In this document: positions 28,095 through 37,471 of the stretch, piece after piece
How positions within the stretch are numbered: position 1 is the stretch's first letter
Layout of the letters: each line of letters begins with the position of its first letter
DNA from: a virus
Taxonomy: Duplodnaviria; Heunggongvirae; Uroviricota; Caudoviricetes
Reading direction: 5' to 3' (one strand)
Virus record (IMG/VR): IMGVR_UViG_2603880148_000004
Length of the DNA: 37,740 bases
Made by a program: the position numbers and the translations under genes
The notes under the pieces: model-generated
The model's database searches: none
What the model was told of the DNA's origin: nothing
What the model saw: only the letters and a program-made list of their open reading frames with translations

Positions 28095-28154
28095 TGCAAA
28101 ATGTTTTATGTGAAACCGCCTGCGGGCGGTTTTGTCATTTATGGAGCGTGAGGA

Positions 28155-29894
28155 ATGGGTAAAGGAAGCAGTAAGGGGCATACCCCGCGCGAAGCGAAGG
28201 ACAACCTGAAGTCCACGCAGCTGCTGAGTGTGATCGATGCCATCAGCGAAGGGCCGGTTGAAGGTCCGGTGGATGGATTAAAAAGCGTGCTGCTGAACAG
28301 TACGCCGGTGCTGGACAGTGAGGGGAATACCAACATCTCCGGTGTCACGGTGGTGTTCCGGGCAGGTGAGCAGGAGCAGACACCGCCGGAGGGATTTGAA
28401 TCCTCCGGTTCCGAGACGGTGCTGGGTACGGAAGTGAAATACGACACGCCGATCACCCGGACCATCACGTCTGCAAACATCGACCGTCTGCGCTTTACCT
28501 TCGGTGTGCAGGCACTGGTGGAAACCACCTCAAAGGGTGACCGGAATCCGTCGGAAGTCCGCCTGCTGGTTCAGATACAACGTAACGGTGGCTGGGTGAC
28601 AGAAAAAGACATCACCATTAAGGGCAAAACCACGTCGCAGTATCTGGCCTCGGTGGTGGTGGATAACCTGCCGCCGCGACCGTTCAATATCCGGATGCGC
28701 AGGATGACACCGGACAGCACCACAGACCAGCTGCAGAACAAAACGCTCTGGTCGTCATACACCGAAATCATCGATGTGAAACAGTGCTACCCGAACACGG
28801 CACTGGTCGGCGTACAGGTGGATTCGGAGCAGTTCGGCAGCCAGCAGGTGAGCCGTAATTATCATCTGCGCGGGCGTATTCTGCAGGTGCCGTCGAACTA
28901 TAACCCGCAGACGCGGCAATACAGCGGTATCTGGGACGGAACGTTTAAGCCAGCATACAGCAATAACATGGCCTGGTGTCTGTGGGATATGCTGACCCAT
29001 CCACGCTACGGCATGGGGAAACGTCTTGGTGTGGCGGATGTGGATAAATGGGCGCTGTATGTCATCGGCCAGTACTGCGACCAGTCAGTGCCGGACGGTT
29101 TTGGCGGTACGGAGCCGCGCATCACCTGTAATGCGTACCTGACCACACAGCGCAAGGCGTGGGATGTGCTCAGTGATTTCTGCTCGGCGATGCGCTGTAT
29201 GCCGGTATGGAACGGGCAGACGCTGACGTTCGTGCAGGACCGACCGTCGGATAAGGTGTGGACCTATAACCGCAGTAATGTGGTGATGCCGGATGATGGC
29301 GCGCCGTTCCGCTACAGCTTTAGCGCCCTGAAAGACCGCCATAATGCCGTTGAGGTGAACTGGATTGACCCGAACAACGGCTGGGAGACGGCAACAGAGC
29401 TTGTGGAGGATACGCAGGCCATTGCCCGTTACGGTCGTAACGTCACGAAGATGGATGCTTTTGGCTGTACCAGCCGGGGGCAGGCACACCGCGCCGGGCT
29501 GTGGCTGATTAAAACAGAACTGCTGGAAACGCAGACCGTGGACTTCAGCGTGGGCGCAGAAGGGCTTCGCCATGTGCCGGGTGATGTCATTGAAATCTGT
29601 GATGATGACTATGCCGGTATCAGCATCGGCGGGCGCGTGCTGGCGGGAAACAGCCAGACCCGGACGCTGACGCTCGACCGTGAAATCACGCTGCCATCCT
29701 CCGGCACCAGGCTGATAAGCCTGGTTGACGGAAGTGGCAATCCGGTCAGCGTGGAGGTTCAGTCCGTCACCGACGGCGTGAAGGTGAAAGTTAGCCGTGT
29801 TCCTGACGGCGTTGCCGGATACAGCGTGTGGGGGCTGAAGCTGCCGACGCTGCGCCAGCGCCTGTTCCGCTGCGTGAGTATTATAACCAGGTGA
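28155..29894 (+). pseudogene. J: Host specificity / central tail fibre protein J (lambda J-like), truncated after 579 codons by the Mu-like insertion
   Basis: MGKGSSKGHTPREAKDNLKSTQLLSVIDAISEGP... matches the lambda J N-terminus; lambda J is about 1130 aa; homology stops near 29882 and the ORF ends in a short unrelated tail. Confidence 0.88.
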
Positions 29895-29896
29895 AT

Positions 29897-30055
29897 CATT
29901 TGATACCGACAAGGGTTTTAGTGAAAGGAGGTGAAATCACCTGTAAGATACTGAAATAAAACAGGTGATGGCTAGATGTGCGGATAAGGTCTATTTGATA
30001 CCGATTGTGCAATAATTAGTCATTTATTATAAAATCGGCAACTCATTTGATACTG
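29897..30055 (+). repeat. Three direct copies of ATTTGATAC(C/T)G, candidate transposase-binding sites of the Mu-like left end
   Basis: Copies at 29897-29909, 29993-30004 and 30044-30055, between the element terminus and the repressor gene. Confidence 0.45.
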
Positions 30056-30127
30056 TGGTTTTAGTCTTTTAAGGCGTTCCAAACAATGCGAAATACTCGA
30101 TATAGTGCAAAATGCGGGCTAATGCTA

Positions 30128-30673
30128 TTAACCCGCTTTTGGTTCTACCGCGTTAGATTTGCGACTTCTCTCAGTTTCTTCCAAAATCTCTCTGACGCGT
30201 TCGTCAGACATACCTTCAAGCTGTAATGCAGCTATTCTTTTCCTTCCTTCTAAGCGGATTAGATCTTGATTTTCAGGCTCTAACAACCGAGCTAAGTACT
30301 TGGCTCCATTCAGAACCAAATTTTTCGATAGCTGCTCTAAGTCTTTTTCATCAAGTGCGCTGATAATCGTCATAATTATCTTCTTGCTTTCATCTTGATT
30401 TTCCTTGATCTCACACCGATTCACTTGTGATGCATCACTGAATCCACATAGCCACTCAACACTTACTCCTTCGATAGACGCAATCTGAAGGGCGACACTT
30501 AAGGATGGCTCAGTGCCACGAGACAGATAATTGTTTAGTGTTGAAAATGAAAGCCCCCAATCTCTTGCTGCAGCTCTGACGCTGCGGGAGCCAATCAGCC
30601 TTTTCAGACGCTCAGCAATGCTTTCTTTTCTACCACCAGGAAAAGAAAGAGATGTTGTTGTTTGCTTGTTCAT
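30128..30673 (-). CDS. Transcriptional repressor with HTH (XRE-like), in the Mu c position, 181 aa
   Basis: Leftward-transcribed gene between the element end and ner; HTH-like segment GLSFSTLNNYLSRGTEPSLSVALQIASIEGVSVEWL; RBS aggaag. Confidence 0.65.
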   Translation of the reverse strand: MNKQTTTSLSFPGGRKESIAERLKRLIGSRSVRAAARDWGLSFSTLNNYLSRGTEPSLSVALQIASIEGVSVEWLCGFSDASQVNRCEIKENQDESKKIIMTIISALDEKDLEQLSKNLVLNGAKYLARLLEPENQDLIRLEGRKRIAALQLEGMSDERVREILEETERSRKSNAVEPKAG

Positions 30674-30857
30674 TTTCTTTTCTTCCTATCAATTTGAAAT
30701 TATTAACTTTTAGTGTTGTCAGCAACCATTGATCCACAATAGACAAAAGAAAGATGTTTTTTTGCTTTACATGAAGCAGAGGTGGATCAATACTTATATC
30801 AAACTTGATAACTAAGTTTAGTTATCAAATTTCGTAACTTTTTAGGATAGATGAATC
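30674..30857. promoter_or_regulatory. Divergent promoter/operator region between repressor and ner
   Basis: Inverted repeats TTGATCCAC / GTGGATCAA about 75 bp apart and the palindrome TTGATAACTAAgTTTAGTTATCAA; AT-rich. Confidence 0.5.
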
Positions 30858-31088
30858 ATGGCGAGAAATGAAGTTAAGCCTGATTGGCATCCTCAAAGAA
30901 TTTTGGGGGAAGTCAGAGCCAGAGAAGGAAGCATGAGGGCGCTGGCCCGTAAAGCTGGCGTGGGTCAGAACAATCTGTACAACGCGGTATACCGCCATGT
31001 TCCCAAGTATGAGGGGATTATCGCGGAATGCCTGGGGGTGCCGCCCGAGGAGATTTGGCCCAGCCGCTACATTCGTAAGGTCGCGTAA
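30858..31088 (+). CDS. ner: Ner-like DNA-binding protein, 76 aa
   Basis: ...DWHPQRILGEVRAREGSMRALARKAGVG...VPKYEGIIAECLGVPPEEIWPSRY resembles Mu Ner (DWH.., IWPSRY motifs); located before the transposase. Confidence 0.8.
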   Translation: MARNEVKPDWHPQRILGEVRAREGSMRALARKAGVGQNNLYNAVYRHVPKYEGIIAECLGVPPEEIWPSRYIRKVA

Positions 31089-31090
31089 TT

Positions 31091-33178
31091 ATGTTTGCTT
31101 CAGTCAAAGAACTGGTTGGATTACCGGGGATGCCGGGAACGGAGCAAGGCGTTCGCTATTCAATCAGGAAGTATGCAACCAGCGAAACCAGCAGACGCCG
31201 CAAGAAAGGCGCTAAAGGTTTTGAATACAGCATTGACTGTTTACCTGAAGTGACACAGCAGGCATTACGCGAACGTTATGCCCTGCAACTGATGACGCAA
31301 AAAGCCGATGAATCACCGGCTCCGGTGGTGACAAAGGCCAGACGCTCGTCTGCCGTGGTTGATGCGGTGGAGGCATATCGCGGATCACCACAACTGATGG
31401 TCGAACGCCTCAATGCCCTGACTGAAAACCAGCGCCAGGTGGCAGACGCACGCATTGCGATCGTCAGTGAGGTGCTGAAATTCACGCAACAACCCGGTTT
31501 CAGCTGCGCTAAAGCTATCCGGTTCATCGTTGACCGCCTGTCACACTCGCAACTGGATGAGCGCATTGTGGCAATGGTTGAGATAGCGAACGCCAGAAAG
31601 GGAAACAGTCGCGTGTTGAGTGAAATCACGCTGAAACGCTGGATTGCGGCCTTTAATAAGGCACAGAACGCTGCTGAACGCCTGCTTTTGCTGGCACCAG
31701 GTAAACGCCAGGAAATAAAAGCCGAAGATATTAACTGGTTGCCCGAATTTCTGGCGCAGTATCGCCAGTCAAACGGCCGACCAATGACCGAGGCTTACGA
31801 GGATTTTGTTGCCGAATGGCAGCACCGGCACGCTGATGAGCCTTATATGCTCGATATCATGCCGTCTTATGACACCATTCGCCGCGCAATGAAGAAACTG
31901 CCGGAAGTGGTGAAACAAAAAGGACGGGTTACCGGCAGTGAATACCGCCAGCTTGAGGGATTCACGCGCCGCGACTGGTCAAAAATGCCGGTGAATTATG
32001 TCTGGATTGGTGACGGTCACGGCATGAAGCTGAAATGCGCGCACCCGGTTCACGGGCGGCCATTCGCACCGGAAGTGACCTTTGTTATCGACGGTGGCAC
32101 GCGCTTTGTGGTGGGCTGGAGCCTTGACCTGGCTGAAAATGTTTTCGCCGTAGCCGGTGCCATACAGCACGGTATTCGCCATCATGGCAAACCGTTTCTG
32201 TATTACTCGGATAATGGCTCCGGGGAAACCGCCGACGTCCTGGATAAGGAGATTGTGGGGATACTGCCACGACTGGGGATTAATCACCCGACAGGGATTG
32301 CCGGTAATCCGCAGGGACGGGGCATTATCGAACGGCTTAACCGCACATTACCGATGCGCATAGCCCGTAAATACCGCACCTATTTCGGGAAAGGAGCAGA
32401 TCGCGAGACGTTACGTAAAACCAACCGCGATTTACGCTCGGCATTCAGTGCCCTGCAACAGGGCAAACGGCTGAACGCCCGGCAGCAGTCAGCGATGCGT
32501 GATTTACCGTCCTGGTCTGAACTGATTGATGCCATTCGTGACGGTGTTGAGTGGTACAACAACCGGCCGCACGATGAATTACCCATGAAGCCGAACGGTA
32601 AACATTACAGCCCGGCGGAGTTCAGAAAAAAACGCCTGGCGGAAGAGGACACGGAAATTGAATGGCTGTCCGATGTTGAACTGCGGGATATGTTCCGGCC
32701 GATGGTGGAGCGCCCTGTAAGACGCTGTGAAATACGCTGGCTGAATAATATTTACTACGCGCCCGAGCTGCGTGACGAGCATGGCCGTAAGGTACTTATC
32801 AGCTATGACATTCATGATGCCGAACGAATTACCGTGCGCCGCCCGGATGGCAGCGTGATTTGCGAGGCGGTATGGGACGGCAATAAACGCGAAGCCTTCC
32901 CTGTCAGCGCGGAATACTACAAACAGCAGCAGCGCCTTAAAGGCATGCGTAAACGCGCAGAGGAAAAAATCCGTGATGCCGAGGATGAGGTTGTCAACGT
33001 GCGGGAGCACAAGCCGCAGGAGCCCTGGCTGGAAAACATATACCGCCCTGTGGGTAATACGGTGACCGTTCAGCAACCGGTCGCTGACGATGAACCTGAT
33101 GAAGAATACGAGCGTAATTTCCAGCGGGGATTGCAACTGCTCGAAGCGAAATTAAAAGAAAGTGATCCGCTGGCCTGA
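31091..33178 (+). CDS. Mu-type DDE transposase (MuA-like), 695 aa
   Basis: Size and position after ner; N-terminal segment VKELVGLPGMPGTEQGVRYSIRK...KGAKGFEYSIDCLP resembles the MuA N-terminal DNA-binding domain; followed by the MuB-like ATPase. Confidence 0.85.
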   Translation: MFASVKELVGLPGMPGTEQGVRYSIRKYATSETSRRRKKGAKGFEYSIDCLPEVTQQALRERYALQLMTQKADESPAPVVTKARRSSAVVDAVEAYRGSPQLMVERLNALTENQRQVADARIAIVSEVLKFTQQPGFSCAKAIRFIVDRLSHSQLDERIVAMVEIANARKGNSRVLSEITLKRWIAAFNKAQNAAERLLLLAPGKRQEIKAEDINWLPEFLAQYRQSNGRPMTEAYEDFVAEWQHRHADEPYMLDIMPSYDTIRRAMKKLPEVVKQKGRVTGSEYRQLEGFTRRDWSKMPVNYVWIGDGHGMKLKCAHPVHGRPFAPEVTFVIDGGTRFVVGWSLDLAENVFAVAGAIQHGIRHHGKPFLYYSDNGSGETADVLDKEIVGILPRLGINHPTGIAGNPQGRGIIERLNRTLPMRIARKYRTYFGKGADRETLRKTNRDLRSAFSALQQGKRLNARQQSAMRDLPSWSELIDAIRDGVEWYNNRPHDELPMKPNGKHYSPAEFRKKRLAEEDTEIEWLSDVELRDMFRPMVERPVRRCEIRWLNNIYYAPELRDEHGRKVLISYDIHDAERITVRRPDGSVICEAVWDGNKREAFPVSAEYYKQQQRLKGMRKRAEEKIRDAEDEVVNVREHKPQEPWLENIYRPVGNTVTVQQPVADDEPDEEYERNFQRGLQLLEAKLKESDPLA

Positions 33179-33260
33179 AATAAAAAAATAACCCGAGGGG
33201 TGACTCAGGTTATTTGAGGTTTCAGTCTCGGAGAATGCTGTCTCAAGCGAGGTGAATAAT

Positions 33261-34193
33261 ATGACCGATATTAACGATGTAATCAAGACCATTGATGAAC
33301 TTATTGATGGCGGCGTACTGACGCAGTATGCCATCGCCAGAGAGGCGGGAATTTCCGACGGCACATTATCGGCTTTCCGTAAGGGAAAATATAAAGGCGA
33401 TAACGCTGCTGTGGCTGCTTCCCTGCGCTCCTGGTATGAGAACTGGAATAAACAAAGCGCACTGCCGGAACCGCCGCAGTTTGTGGAAACTCAGACAGTC
33501 CAGGAGCTGCGCGCACTGTTTCAGGCGGTTCGCCTGATGGGCTGTATTAACGTTATTGTGGGCGTACCGGGTGTGGGTAAAACGGCCACTGCCCGTAATT
33601 ACTGCCAGGAGCAACCAAACACCTGGATGATCACCCTGTCACCCGCGCACTCCAGCGTCACGGAGTGTCTGCTGGAGCTGGCCGATGCGCTGGGGATTGA
33701 TTACACCCGCGCGAACAAAGGGGCATTATCCCGCGCCATCCGCCGTCGCCTGATGGGAACGCGTGGACTGGTGATTGTGGATGAGGCGGATCATCTTGGT
33801 ATTGACGGTCTGGAGCAACTCCGGGCAATTCAGGACGCCACGGGGATCGGGATGGTGCTTATTGGTAACCCGCGCGGATTGTTTAAAGGTGGACGCCGCG
33901 CCTTTGGTGATTTATCGCGCCTGTTCAGCCGTCTTGCCCGTACAAAACAACTTCGCAAGGCCAAAAAGGCGGATGTGCTGGCCATTGCCATGGCGTGGGG
34001 GATCAGTGGTGAGGCCGAGCTGGCCGTCATGCAGGCTATCGCTGAAAAGCCGGGAGCGTTACGCGTTCTGACACATACGCTTAACCAGGCGTGGCTCACC
34101 GCCAGCGGTGAAGGCGCGGCGCTGACAGAAAAACATATTAATGCGGCCTTTAAAGAGGTTTATACCAACCCTGAATTACTCTCACAGGTGTGA
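33261..34193 (+). CDS. Transposition ATPase (MuB-like AAA+ protein), 310 aa
   Basis: Walker A GVPGVGKT and Walker B VIVDEADHL; N-terminal HTH; RBS gaggtga; immediately after the transposase. Confidence 0.85.
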   Translation: MTDINDVIKTIDELIDGGVLTQYAIAREAGISDGTLSAFRKGKYKGDNAAVAASLRSWYENWNKQSALPEPPQFVETQTVQELRALFQAVRLMGCINVIVGVPGVGKTATARNYCQEQPNTWMITLSPAHSSVTECLLELADALGIDYTRANKGALSRAIRRRLMGTRGLVIVDEADHLGIDGLEQLRAIQDATGIGMVLIGNPRGLFKGGRRAFGDLSRLFSRLARTKQLRKAKKADVLAIAMAWGISGEAELAVMQAIAEKPGALRVLTHTLNQAWLTASGEGAALTEKHINAAFKEVYTNPELLSQV

Positions 34194-34195
34194 TT

Positions 34196-34417
34196 ATGGC
34201 GGTATTTAATATTCCTGATATTTACGGACGCTTTTACCTGGTTAATTTCGATAACGTGAAGGTGATTTCACTGGCCGAAAATAAAGAATGTGGCGATTTA
34301 CTTTTTGAATTTAATGACCGCACACGAATGGTGATATCTGCCGGACTTGATCGCGAAGGTGCGACAGAAGTTTACAGCGGAATATGCCGTTCTGTTGGTG
34401 CGAAACAAGTCAGCTAA
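34196..34417 (+). CDS. Small early protein in the Mu kil position, 73 aa
   Basis: Position directly after the B-like gene; RBS aggtg; overlaps the B stop. Confidence 0.45.
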   Translation: MAVFNIPDIYGRFYLVNFDNVKVISLAENKECGDLLFEFNDRTRMVISAGLDREGATEVYSGICRSVGAKQVS

Positions 34418-34429
34418 ATGAGGTGTTAT

Positions 34430-34684
34430 ATGAATATGCAATCCTGCGGTAACAAAATGAATTTATTCGACTCCCTGAACAGCGCGCGCCGTCTGACCGA
34501 ACTTGCCGGTGCGGTACTGGAACGCAGTAAGCGCTATCCGCAACGTTTTGCACTGAAAACCACGCCGCCGGTAGGCAACGTGCAGGGAACCGGTGAAATT
34601 GAAATCACCATACAGACCAACGGCCTGCGCCGCCGTGTGAAGGCCACCCGCATCAGCGGCTGCACGGTTTACTGGGAGGTGTGA
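34430..34684 (+). CDS. Hypothetical Mu-like early protein, 84 aa
   Basis: ORF with RBS gaggtg 4 nt upstream of ATG 34430. Confidence 0.4.
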   Translation: MNMQSCGNKMNLFDSLNSARRLTELAGAVLERSKRYPQRFALKTTPPVGNVQGTGEIEITIQTNGLRRRVKATRISGCTVYWEV

Positions 34685-34685
34685 G

Positions 34686-34967
34686 GTGAAAAAAAATCTC
34701 ATTGCATGGGCGTGGTCGAGTGGTCTTATTGAGTTTGGTTACGTCCTGCCGGAAGGTGCATTGCCGATAGTTGCCGGAAAGCCTGCCACGGTACGGCATG
34801 TGATTGAGGTTATGGCGCGTCATGGACGTGATGAACAGGAGCAGTTACTGGTTCCGGGGATACCGGAAGCGGTGACGGAGGAAGAAGCCTTTAATGCCAT
34901 GATTCGGTTCTGCCGTGAGGTTAGACGCCGGGTCAGTTATCCAAACAGAACGAGGACCAGAGGATGA
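34686..34967 (+). CDS. Hypothetical Mu-like early protein, 93 aa
   Basis: GTG start with RBS gggaggtg; tightly packed operon. Confidence 0.45.
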   Translation: MKKNLIAWAWSSGLIEFGYVLPEGALPIVAGKPATVRHVIEVMARHGRDEQEQLLVPGIPEAVTEEEAFNAMIRFCREVRRRVSYPNRTRTRG

Positions 34968-35236
34968 GTAAAGTCGTACGCATTATTTTCGAATACAAGG
35001 AAGATGTTATCTGCAAAAACTCTGATGGCAGCACGCACAGAGGGGTAAGTCTGGATATACGTTCAACCGGAATAAAGAAGAAAGATAATGGACCCGCCAT
35101 GATTTTTGGGGTGGTTATGCTGGCAGAAAGCAGAAACTTCGCAGAGTTTGTGGCAATGAAAGCCAGTGCATTCATGAAAGACAGAGGCATGGCTTCCGGG
35201 GTTATTAACGGTAATGAATTTAATCAACAGGGGTAA
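34964..35236 (+). CDS. Hypothetical Mu-like early protein, 90 aa (paralog of the next gene)
   Basis: RBS gaggaccagagg; N-terminus MSKVVRIIFEYKED similar to the N-terminus of the following ORF. Confidence 0.45.
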   Translation: MSKVVRIIFEYKEDVICKNSDGSTHRGVSLDIRSTGIKKKDNGPAMIFGVVMLAESRNFAEFVAMKASAFMKDRGMASGVINGNEFNQQG

Positions 35237-35240
35237 TTCC

Positions 35241-35534
35241 ATGAGCAAAGTACGCGTTATTTTTGAATTTAATCATGTTTCGCATGACGAAAAGTTGGCA
35301 GGCAATGACTGTGTTGAAGTGCATGAAAAGATTGGAGTGGATGTGAAAACAGAACGTGATACGGATAACAGGCCGACGTCACTCTGTGACGTTTATGCAA
35401 GTATTCTCCAGTATCACAGTCCTGCAATTATTCAGTTTCTCTCAGCGGAATTTCAGGCATCTGCACAGTCTTTTGGAGCGGATGCCATCATTAAACGCCA
35501 CCGCGTGCATAAAGCATCAGGCACACTGCAATAA
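35241..35534 (+). CDS. Hypothetical Mu-like early protein, 97 aa (paralog of the previous gene)
   Basis: RBS acagggg; N-terminus MSKVRVIFEFNHV similar to the preceding ORF. Confidence 0.45.
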   Translation: MSKVRVIFEFNHVSHDEKLAGNDCVEVHEKIGVDVKTERDTDNRPTSLCDVYASILQYHSPAIIQFLSAEFQASAQSFGADAIIKRHRVHKASGTLQ

Positions 35535-35545
35535 GGAAAAACAAA

Positions 35546-36076
35546 ATGGCTAAACGCGTTACAAAATTAAAGGCCGCAGCCGAGGCGGCACCGCAGACCC
35601 GGGAAGAAGTCAGCCGTGATATCCGCACCCTGGGAGATATTCAGCGAGAGGCGCTGCGCCTGGAAACGGCGATGAATGACGAAGTGGCAGAAATCACCGC
35701 CCGTTATACGCCGCAGATTGAAAATCTTAAAAAGCAAATCAAAGTGCTTTTTAAAGGGATTCAGGACTGGTGCAAAACCAACCGTGATGAGCTGACGAAC
35801 GGCGGCAAAACCAAAACAGCCAATCTGACCACCGGAACGGTGTCATGGCGGCTGGGAACGCCATCATGCAGCGTCAGCCGTGATGTGGAAGGTGTGATTG
35901 AAATGCTGCGCCGTATGGGGCTTGAGCGTTTCATCCGCACGAAAGAGGAAGTGAACAAGGAAGCCGTCCTGGCGGAGCCGGATGCTGTGAAAGGCATTGC
36001 CGGTATCAAGGTGAATAAAGGCGCTGAAAGTTTTTATGTCGAGCCTTTTGAACAGGACGCCGGACTGAATAAATAA
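35546..36076 (+). CDS. gam: Gam-like host-nuclease inhibitor / DNA-end-binding protein, 176 aa
   Basis: Size and position as for Mu Gam; RBS aaggaaaa. Confidence 0.7.
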   Translation: MAKRVTKLKAAAEAAPQTREEVSRDIRTLGDIQREALRLETAMNDEVAEITARYTPQIENLKKQIKVLFKGIQDWCKTNRDELTNGGKTKTANLTTGTVSWRLGTPSCSVSRDVEGVIEMLRRMGLERFIRTKEEVNKEAVLAEPDAVKGIAGIKVNKGAESFYVEPFEQDAGLNK

Positions 36077-36221
36077 CACCACATTAATCAATTAAATATC
36101 ACTTCATTTTAATTATGGCGCTCGCGTCAGGGGACTGCTTGCGCCTGAAAACAGAAAATAAGGGTTAAGAAATATGAAATACGTTTATATCGTCATTAAT
36201 AATGTGGTGGGGAAATAAATC

Positions 36222-36755
36222 ATGATTGATGCAAAAGTGCTTGAAGGGGTTAAAAACTGGCTGTGTATTTATGGCCGCCTGACCTGCGGTGTACTGGCTG
36301 AAAAAATGAATATGCCGCCATCCTCCATGGTTTATTTTCTGCGTGATGCGGTTGATGCAGGCGTGCTGACGGAATGTAACGGTTTTTATGATATTCCGCG
36401 CCCCCGCCCGGTGCAGCCGGTTCGTCGCAAATGCAGCCAGGAATCTGCGGCTGATGATGTTCAGTGGTGCGGCTTCAGAAAATCCCTGCCATGGATTGAG
36501 GGGCATGATATTCCGTCGATGGCGTGGGAATTTGCTCAGGGCGTTCTGACCTGTGAAACCGTTTATGTGGTGGCTGAAGTTGATGAGCAGGCCATGAAAG
36601 AAGGCGTGCCCCAGTTTGTGATGGCGTATATCGACATACGCCTGGGCGTCATTATCTGCGGTTTAAGCGGCTGGAATATCACTGAACATGTTCTGCGCTA
36701 CCTGATTGTTGACCGGACAGCAGCGCCTGCCGGGATATCTGCGGAGGTGGCGTAA
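36222..36755 (+). CDS. Hypothetical Mu-like early protein, 177 aa
   Basis: ORF with RBS ggtgggga; position similar to Mu GemA-type genes (position only). Confidence 0.5.
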   Translation: MIDAKVLEGVKNWLCIYGRLTCGVLAEKMNMPPSSMVYFLRDAVDAGVLTECNGFYDIPRPRPVQPVRRKCSQESAADDVQWCGFRKSLPWIEGHDIPSMAWEFAQGVLTCETVYVVAEVDEQAMKEGVPQFVMAYIDIRLGVIICGLSGWNITEHVLRYLIVDRTAAPAGISAEVA

Positions 36756-37270
36756 TGTTCTTTAAAACATCAAACCCTTCCGCGCTGGCTGCGTGGCAAA
36801 AATACCAGCAGGACTGCCAGAAAGTTAAGGATGAGGCAAAACGCCTTGAGGCCGTGCTGAATGTTGCGTGCCGGTCGGTATTTGTATCCGGTATCAGTGG
36901 ATTTTACTTTAAGGGACTGCGTTTTACGGAGGACAAATATCCTTTTCATCGCGACTTATGGCGAAAACCGACTGCGTCGAATGGCTGGAGCTGCACACCG
37001 CGCACATCACGTATCCCTAAAACCCTGCGTGTTGCCTCTGATGAACTGAACAGTCTGTGGCGTGAATATTCGCCCGTCACGTATGCCAGAACCGATGCGC
37101 TGTTGTTCTGGTTGGGTATTGATTTCTCGGCAATCCTGTTTGGCCCTGTGAAGTGGTTCTGCGTTGACGATGTGATTTACCTTCAGTGCGGCGTAAAACC
37201 CGCAAAACAGAAAATGACCGAAATACTGTCTGATGAGTTTTATGCTGCTGAAAAGCGAGTCAGGGGGTGA
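36755..37270 (+). CDS. Hypothetical Mu-like early protein, 171 aa
   Basis: ORF with RBS ggaggtgg; start overlaps preceding stop. Confidence 0.5.
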   Translation: MFFKTSNPSALAAWQKYQQDCQKVKDEAKRLEAVLNVACRSVFVSGISGFYFKGLRFTEDKYPFHRDLWRKPTASNGWSCTPRTSRIPKTLRVASDELNSLWREYSPVTYARTDALLFWLGIDFSAILFGPVKWFCVDDVIYLQCGVKPAKQKMTEILSDEFYAAEKRVRG

Positions 37271-37273
37271 TGC

Positions 37274-37471
37274 ATGATGAAATTACAACCCATGGGACTA
37301 AAAGGTCGCGCCCCCGCTCATGTCCGTCCGTGGACACCTGAAGAAGATGCGCTGCTGATTGCGCTTTATTCATCCACCCCGGTTAAGGATATTGCTGCCA
37401 GAATAAAAAGAACTGTCTGGGCTGTATATAACCGGACTGGTGTATTGCGCAGTTCATACCCGGAGTTACTG
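37274..37471 (+). pseudogene. Mu-like early gene truncated by IS1 insertion (first about 66 codons intact)
   Basis: ORF MMKLQPMGLKGRAPAHVRPWTPEEDALLIALY... runs into the IS1 terminus at 37472; its last about 26 codons are read from IS1 sequence. Confidence 0.4.

Larger units (their letters stand above)
29883..37471 (+). mobile_element. Mu-like transposable prophage, left end and early region (repressor, ner, A, B, accessory genes, gam), inserted in J and truncated on the right by IS1
   Basis: Gene order c(leftward)-ner-A-B-kil-...-gam typical of the Mu left arm; TG-initiated end candidate at 29892; three direct ATTTGATAC(C/T)G repeats next to the end; exact left boundary uncertain (29880-29895). 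Confidence 0.7.

Noticed and set aside
29085-29912. 275-aa minus-strand ORF inside J
   Set aside because: Antisense to the lambda-like J coding sequence; shadow ORF
32579-33136. 185-aa minus-strand ORF inside the MuA-like transposase gene
   Set aside because: Antisense to a well-supported transposase ORF
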